From Terriglobia bacterium (GTDB taxonomy: Bacteria; Acidobacteriota; Terriglobia; JAJPHL01; JAPKYU01), in NCBI GenBank assembly GCA_965206645.1, contig CBDBKE010000003.1, positions 224,001-288,000 of the forward strand: 64,000 bases of DNA. The letters are read 5' to 3'. Made by a program: the position numbers and the translations under genes. Below the pieces are notes generated by a model that worked only from the letters and a program-made list of their open reading frames with translations, did no database searches and had not been told where the DNA came from. This document shows, piece by piece, positions 60,293 to 64,000 of this stretch (the stretch's first letter is position 1; each line of letters starts with the position of its first letter).

Positions 60293-60424
60293 GGTACTGT
60301 CAAGTTGAGCAGAATCTGCCCGTTTCGCGGAAGGATTCTGCTGGATCAGAGACTGAGAATCAATGACTTAGCGGTGGCGGCGGGCGGCGAGAATGCATGC
60401 CAAACTGCTTAACTTAACAGTACC
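60293..60424. mobile_element. 132-bp MITE-like element with 20-bp TIRs (IS6-like ends)
   Basis: GGTACTGTCAAGTTGAGCAG ... CTGCTTAACTTAACAGTACC (18/20 match); no ORF; no target duplication. Confidence 0.75.
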
Positions 60425-60517
60425 CATCCAGATGCGGCGGCGGGTCCGTCGTTCACGCCATCGATTCTCGAGTCCTAGGTCAGCGAACACATAGCCGCTG
60501 GAGCATGAAATCTGCAT
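60425..60517 (-). pseudogene. Truncated XRE antitoxin N-terminus
   Basis: MQISCSSGYVFADLGL resembles the SSGNVFADLGL start motif of XRE antitoxins. Confidence 0.55.
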
Positions 60518-60521
60518 CGCT

Positions 60522-60818
60522 TCACACCGACGGCTGCGGCTGGTATCGCTCGACGTTGATCCGGTCTGCGTCCTTGCGCGCCTGGACGAGATCCCAAGTG
60601 GTCTGTCGGCGCAGCCAGAACTCGGCATTGGACCAGCCCGCCTTCTCAAGCCGAATGGCCATCTCCGGGGAGATGGCCGCGTGGCCGTTCAGAACCCGCG
60701 AGAGGGTGTGACGAGCGACACCCAGCACCTTCGCCGCTTCGGTCACGTTCAAACCGAGCGGGTCCAGGCAGTTCTCGCGGATACTGCGTCCGGGATGCGG
60801 AGGATTGCTCATCGTCAT
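60522..60818 (-). CDS. higA: HigA antitoxin (VapI family)
   Basis: NPPHPG...[30 protein letters not shown]...AEFWL. Confidence 0.93.
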   Translation of the reverse strand: MTMSNPPHPGRSIRENCLDPLGLNVTEAAKVLGVARHTLSRVLNGHAAISPEMAIRLEKAGWSNAEFWLRRQTTWDLVQARKDADRINVERYQPQPSV

Positions 60819-60832
60819 GTTGCTGCCTCCTA

Positions 60833-61111
60833 CTAGTGGTAGTCGATCAGGTCGACATCGTAGGCATCGCCATGTTCGAAACGGAAGATAACCCGCCAGT
60901 TGCCGGAAATCGAGATGCTCCAGTATCCCTTCAGTCTACCCTTCAGCGGGTGAAGCCGGTAGCCGGGCAGGTCGAGGTCCAAGGGCTTGCGGGCATCGGC
61001 AAGGTCCGCCAAGGCAAGCGCGACACTATCCGCCAAGGCGGGACCCACACGGCTCGGGTCGCCGCGCTCGTACATGCGCTTCAGGCCGCGATGACGAAAC
61101 CTCCGGATCAT
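60833..61111 (-). CDS. higB: HigB toxin (plasmid maintenance killer family)
   Basis: [12 protein letters not shown]...[10 protein letters not shown]...[15 protein letters not shown]...LIDYH. Confidence 0.93.
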   Translation of the reverse strand: MIRRFRHRGLKRMYERGDPSRVGPALADSVALALADLADARKPLDLDLPGYRLHPLKGRLKGYWSISISGNWRVIFRFEHGDAYDVDLIDYH

Positions 61112-61161
61112 GAGGCAATGTACCGCATACCGGCACACATGCCAATTGGAGAATCCCGTCG

Positions 61162-61310
61162 GACCTGACCGGCCTTTGGTTTTTTAATCCAAAGGGAAGG
61201 TGAGTGTTGCGGCAGAATCTGGAAGCTGGAGGAGTGGATTTTGCCGTGAAGAAGAAGCATTTTACAGTGGAACGGAGCGTGGGGATTCTGAAACAGGTAG
61301 AAGTGGAGGT
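61162..61310 (+). mobile_element. Decayed IS3-family left end and orfA start
   Basis: gacctgaccggc IR-like start; GTG-KKKHFTVERSVGILKQVEV. Confidence 0.55.
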
Positions 61311-61438
61311 AACGGTACCGTATCAAAACCCTATGTTCGGAAGCGAGTGGGGTTGCTGACTGAGCGAAAGCAGGTACCCCAAGTTGTTGATAATAGGAGG
61401 AAACGGATGGAAGCAATGTAACTGAAAGAAGGACTTTA

Positions 61439-61488
61439 CCTGCCTGTCACGCAGGAGGTCGCGAGTTCGAGTCTCGTCGGCCCCGCCA
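61439..61488 (+). tRNA. 3' fragment of tRNA-Asp(GTC), att-site remnant
   Basis: cctgc-ctGTCac-gcagg anticodon arm, T-arm GCGAGTTCGAGTCTCGT, acceptor strand and CCA; no D-arm or 5' acceptor strand. Confidence 0.85.
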
Positions 61489-62014
61489 TTTAACTTCTGT
61501 GTTTTCAGTACCTGTTTTTCTTTCCTTATCTCGGCCTGGTCACCCAGTTCCCGGCGTTTTCGATGAATTGGAGGCGGGCCGGGCAAGAATTGGCTGGTCC
61601 TATCGCGACAGCCTGGTACTCCGCTCGCTACTCGGCAAGATCGAACGGGGGAACACCTGGGCCAAGATGAACGAGAGAAGCCAGTAGGTGCCTCGGATTC
61701 CTAACGCGGGTCGTGCTGAGTGGCTACTTGGTGTATCCGCTAAGTCGGACTGCAGGTGCCGAAAGGTCTAGGGCAAAATCGATTCTTGCGAAAGGGAGGT
61801 GATGAATGTAGGTGACGATTTCGTGGGGAGTAATGCCTGGTTACGAGGTGTGAGTAAACTGTGTAAGGACTTGCGAGAAACGATTTACGACCGTGACAAA
61901 ACCGTGACAAAATCCCCGAATCTGAGTCGGTTGGGATTAGCTTTGAGCGAAAAGCAGAGTCCCTAAGTTATTGAACAATATAGAAGCAGATAGACGCAAT
62001 GGAGAGGAGTTCAG

Positions 62015-62056
62015 TGCTTAGAAGGCAGATGCTCTGTCCGCCTGAGCTGCGGGCGC
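62015..62056 (-). tRNA. 5' fragment (pseudogene) of tRNA-Arg(TCT)
   Basis: Reverse complement gcgcccgcagctcaggcggacagagcatctgc-ctTCTaa-gca, then diverges; extended -10 TGTTAGAAT about 10 nt upstream. Confidence 0.75.
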
Positions 62057-62193
62057 GATCTTAGGAATTCTAACATGGGCGCGCGTGGGTCCTGCTCCTG
62101 AGTGCAAACCATTCGCCTTGCATGCCGGTTCGTCGGGCGGCAGTCTGTCCATGTTGCGGTTGGCCGCCGCCCGCTCTTTAACGATCTGCCGCC

Positions 62194-62640
62194 TTAGCCG
62201 GTGTTGGAGATTTGCAGGCGCGCGGCCTCTTGGGCCAGCTTGTCCGCACGCAGGTTGTCGGGATGCTGCGCATGACCCTTCACCCATTGCCAGCGCATCC
62301 GGTGGCGCGCCAAGCTTCGGTCCAGCGCCTCCCACATGTCCTTGTTTTTCACCGGCGTCTTCCCTGAGGTTACCCAATGGTTCTGCTTCCATTTGGACAT
62401 CCACTGGGTCACTCCGCGGCGGACGTATTCCGAGTCGGTGACGACGGCAACCTGGCAGGGCTCTCTTAGCGCGCTGAGCCCCTTGATCACCGCGGTCAGT
62501 TCCATGCGGTTGTTGGTGGTGTGGGGCTCGCAGCCGTACAATTCACGATAGCGCCCCCGGTAGCGCATCACGCAGGCCCAGCCGCCCGGCCCAGGATTTC
62601 CCAGGCAGGAGCCATCTGTGCTCAGTGTCACCTGTTTCAT
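62194..62640 (-). CDS. rnhA: Ribonuclease HI
   Basis: TDGSCLGNPGPGGW, TTNNRMEL, TDSEY, VKNKDMW, WVKGH, NLRADKLA. Confidence 0.97.
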   Translation of the reverse strand: MKQVTLSTDGSCLGNPGPGGWACVMRYRGRYRELYGCEPHTTNNRMELTAVIKGLSALREPCQVAVVTDSEYVRRGVTQWMSKWKQNHWVTSGKTPVKNKDMWEALDRSLARHRMRWQWVKGHAQHPDNLRADKLAQEAARLQISNTG

Positions 62641-63316
62641 TGAGGTAGGCCGCGAGCGCATGCCAGGGCGCCCGTATCGGCCTGCGATGATTTAACCACA
62701 TCAAGGATTGGATTCGTGGTGCCGCGCCTCTGAACGGACAGTTGGGGAGCGAGCGGAATTCGTTGTCACGGCCCGTGTTCAGCCAAATGTACCTCTGTGC
62801 GCTGTGAGGCACATCGGGGGCCAAAGACGCGTGGCTGACCGTGCCAGGGCGCATCTTGCTTGTACTGCGGAGGATAGCACCAGCTCAAGCGGTTTCCCGC
62901 AAGCCTTGGCGCGGCTGGGAAGCGCAAACTCTTGCTCACAGAAGTGCGTTTTGTCTTGACATGAAAAGCTTCCCAGCCAAACCTGGTAGGTAAGTTTCTT
63001 GGCTGGATCCCCCAGTTGACTCCCCTCGATGTATAGGTGTAGGTCTTAGCACACCGGCCGCGATGGTGGGTGATTAGTTCTTTTCGGCCGAACTAAGAAT
63101 TTGCGAAGTGTAAAGCTCCCCCTGTCGGACACGTACGTTTTGTGCGGGTCTGGCTGAGCCAGAATGTCACGCGACCTGAGACAACCACGTGCACGGTGAA
63201 CTGCCATGACTACCACAGCACAATTGGGCTCCTTGCACCTGTATGCCCCTGACCTGACCGGCACTTTTTGTACCAAGTGGAAAGAGAGAGAATCCACTTG
63301 AGGAGGAAGTGAGGTC

Positions 63317-63595
63317 ATGCCGACAAGGAGTTACAAGCCGGAGCAGATTGTAGCGGTGCTGCGGCAGATAGAAGTGCAGATGGGGAACGGGAAGACTGCG
63401 CCCCAAGCCTGCAAAGAAGCTGGAATCCACACCCAAACCTACTACCGGTGGCGGAAGGAATACGGCGGGCTGAAGGTGGTGCAGGCAAAACGGCTAAAGG
63501 AGTTGGAGAAGGAAAACACGCGGCTGAAGCGGTTGGTAGCGGAGCTTTCTCTGGAGAAGCAGGTGCTGCGGGATGTGGCACAGGGAAACTTCTGA
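63317..63595 (+). CDS. IS3 transposase OrfA
   Basis: YKPEQIV...TYYRWRKEYGG...LKELEKENTRLK. Confidence 0.93.
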   Translation: MPTRSYKPEQIVAVLRQIEVQMGNGKTAPQACKEAGIHTQTYYRWRKEYGGLKVVQAKRLKELEKENTRLKRLVAELSLEKQVLRDVAQGNF

Positions 63596-64000
63596 GCCCT
63601 GAGCGGCGGCGTTGTGCGGTGAAGCGTGCGTGGGAGCAACACGGGTTGTCGGAACGGCATGCCTGCCGGCTGCTGGGGCAATGGCGAGGGACACAACGAT
63701 ACGAGCCGATTCATCGGGTGGACGAGGATGCTCTGACCCGAGCGATCATTGCCCTGGGAGCGAAGTACGGGCGATATGGCTACCGGAGGATCACAGCGTT
63801 GCTGCGGAGTGCGGGCTGGGAAGTGGGCAAGGACCGGGTGCAGCGGATTTGGCGGCGGGAAGGGCTGAAAGTGCCGCAAAAACAAAGGCCGCGAGGACGG
63901 CTGTGGCTGAACGACGGTTCCTGTGTACGACTGAGGCCGGAGCGACCGAACCACGTGTGGAGCTACGACTTCATGAGTGCCAGAACGCACGAGGGGAGAA
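63592..64000 (+). CDS. IS3 transposase OrfB (partial, -1 frame)
   Basis: LSPERRR...SERHACRLLG...YGRYGYRRI...RIWRREGL...PNHVWSYDF. Confidence 0.9.
   Translation, partial: MSPERRRCAVKRAWEQHGLSERHACRLLGQWRGTQRYEPIHRVDEDALTRAIIALGAKYGRYGYRRITALLRSAGWEVGKDRVQRIWRREGLKVPQKQRPRGRLWLNDGSCVRLRPERPNHVWSYDFMSARTHEGR

Larger units (their letters stand above)
63250..64000 (+). mobile_element. IS3-family element (runs off the window)
   Basis: IRL tgacctgaccggc; orfA/orfB overlap with slippery site GGGAAAC (63583-63589). Confidence 0.92.

Noticed and set aside
61439-62056. Intact, intron-containing or trans-spliced tRNA
   Set aside because: The two halves have different anticodons and strands, and no matching other halves were seen
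62641-63249. Short ORFs upstream of rnhA
   Set aside because: No motifs and no convincing RBS; likely non-coding

Overview
GC-rich bacterial chromosomal segment, most likely Acidobacteriota (inferred from a Solibacter-type TIGR03437 C-terminal domain protein and DUF1549/DUF1553/DUF1501 genes). From left to right: a MacB-type ABC exporter operon (1-4.5 kb); a RomR-like receiver protein, bamD, rpe and an IMPase/HisN gene; a ~17 kb Wzm/Wzt-dependent surface-glycan locus (9.3-25.9 kb) with two WbdD-like methyltransferase-coiled-coil proteins, seven glycosyltransferases, two further methyltransferases and an inserted, inverted two-gene TA-like module; housekeeping and cofactor genes (ubiX, thiG, iscA/erpA-type, CADD-like, panB, panC, a TonB receptor); a frameshifted NHL/BACON/TIGR03437 protein; an intact IS1380; a cytochrome-c DUF1549/1553-DUF1501 cluster; and a heavily rearranged mobile region (53-64 kb) with three IS5 copies, IS3 and IS1380 remnants, a 132-bp MITE, two HigBA-type TA pairs, an NlpC/P60 cargo gene and two tRNA half-genes each joined to a homologous att-arm-like cassette. 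The best candidates for novelty are (i) the paired glycan chain-length ruler proteins, one with an exact 8-heptad duplication, (ii) the anticodon-loop-targeted integration scars on two different tRNAs, and (iii) the unnamed TA-like pair. All calls come from reading motifs by eye; no database searches were run.
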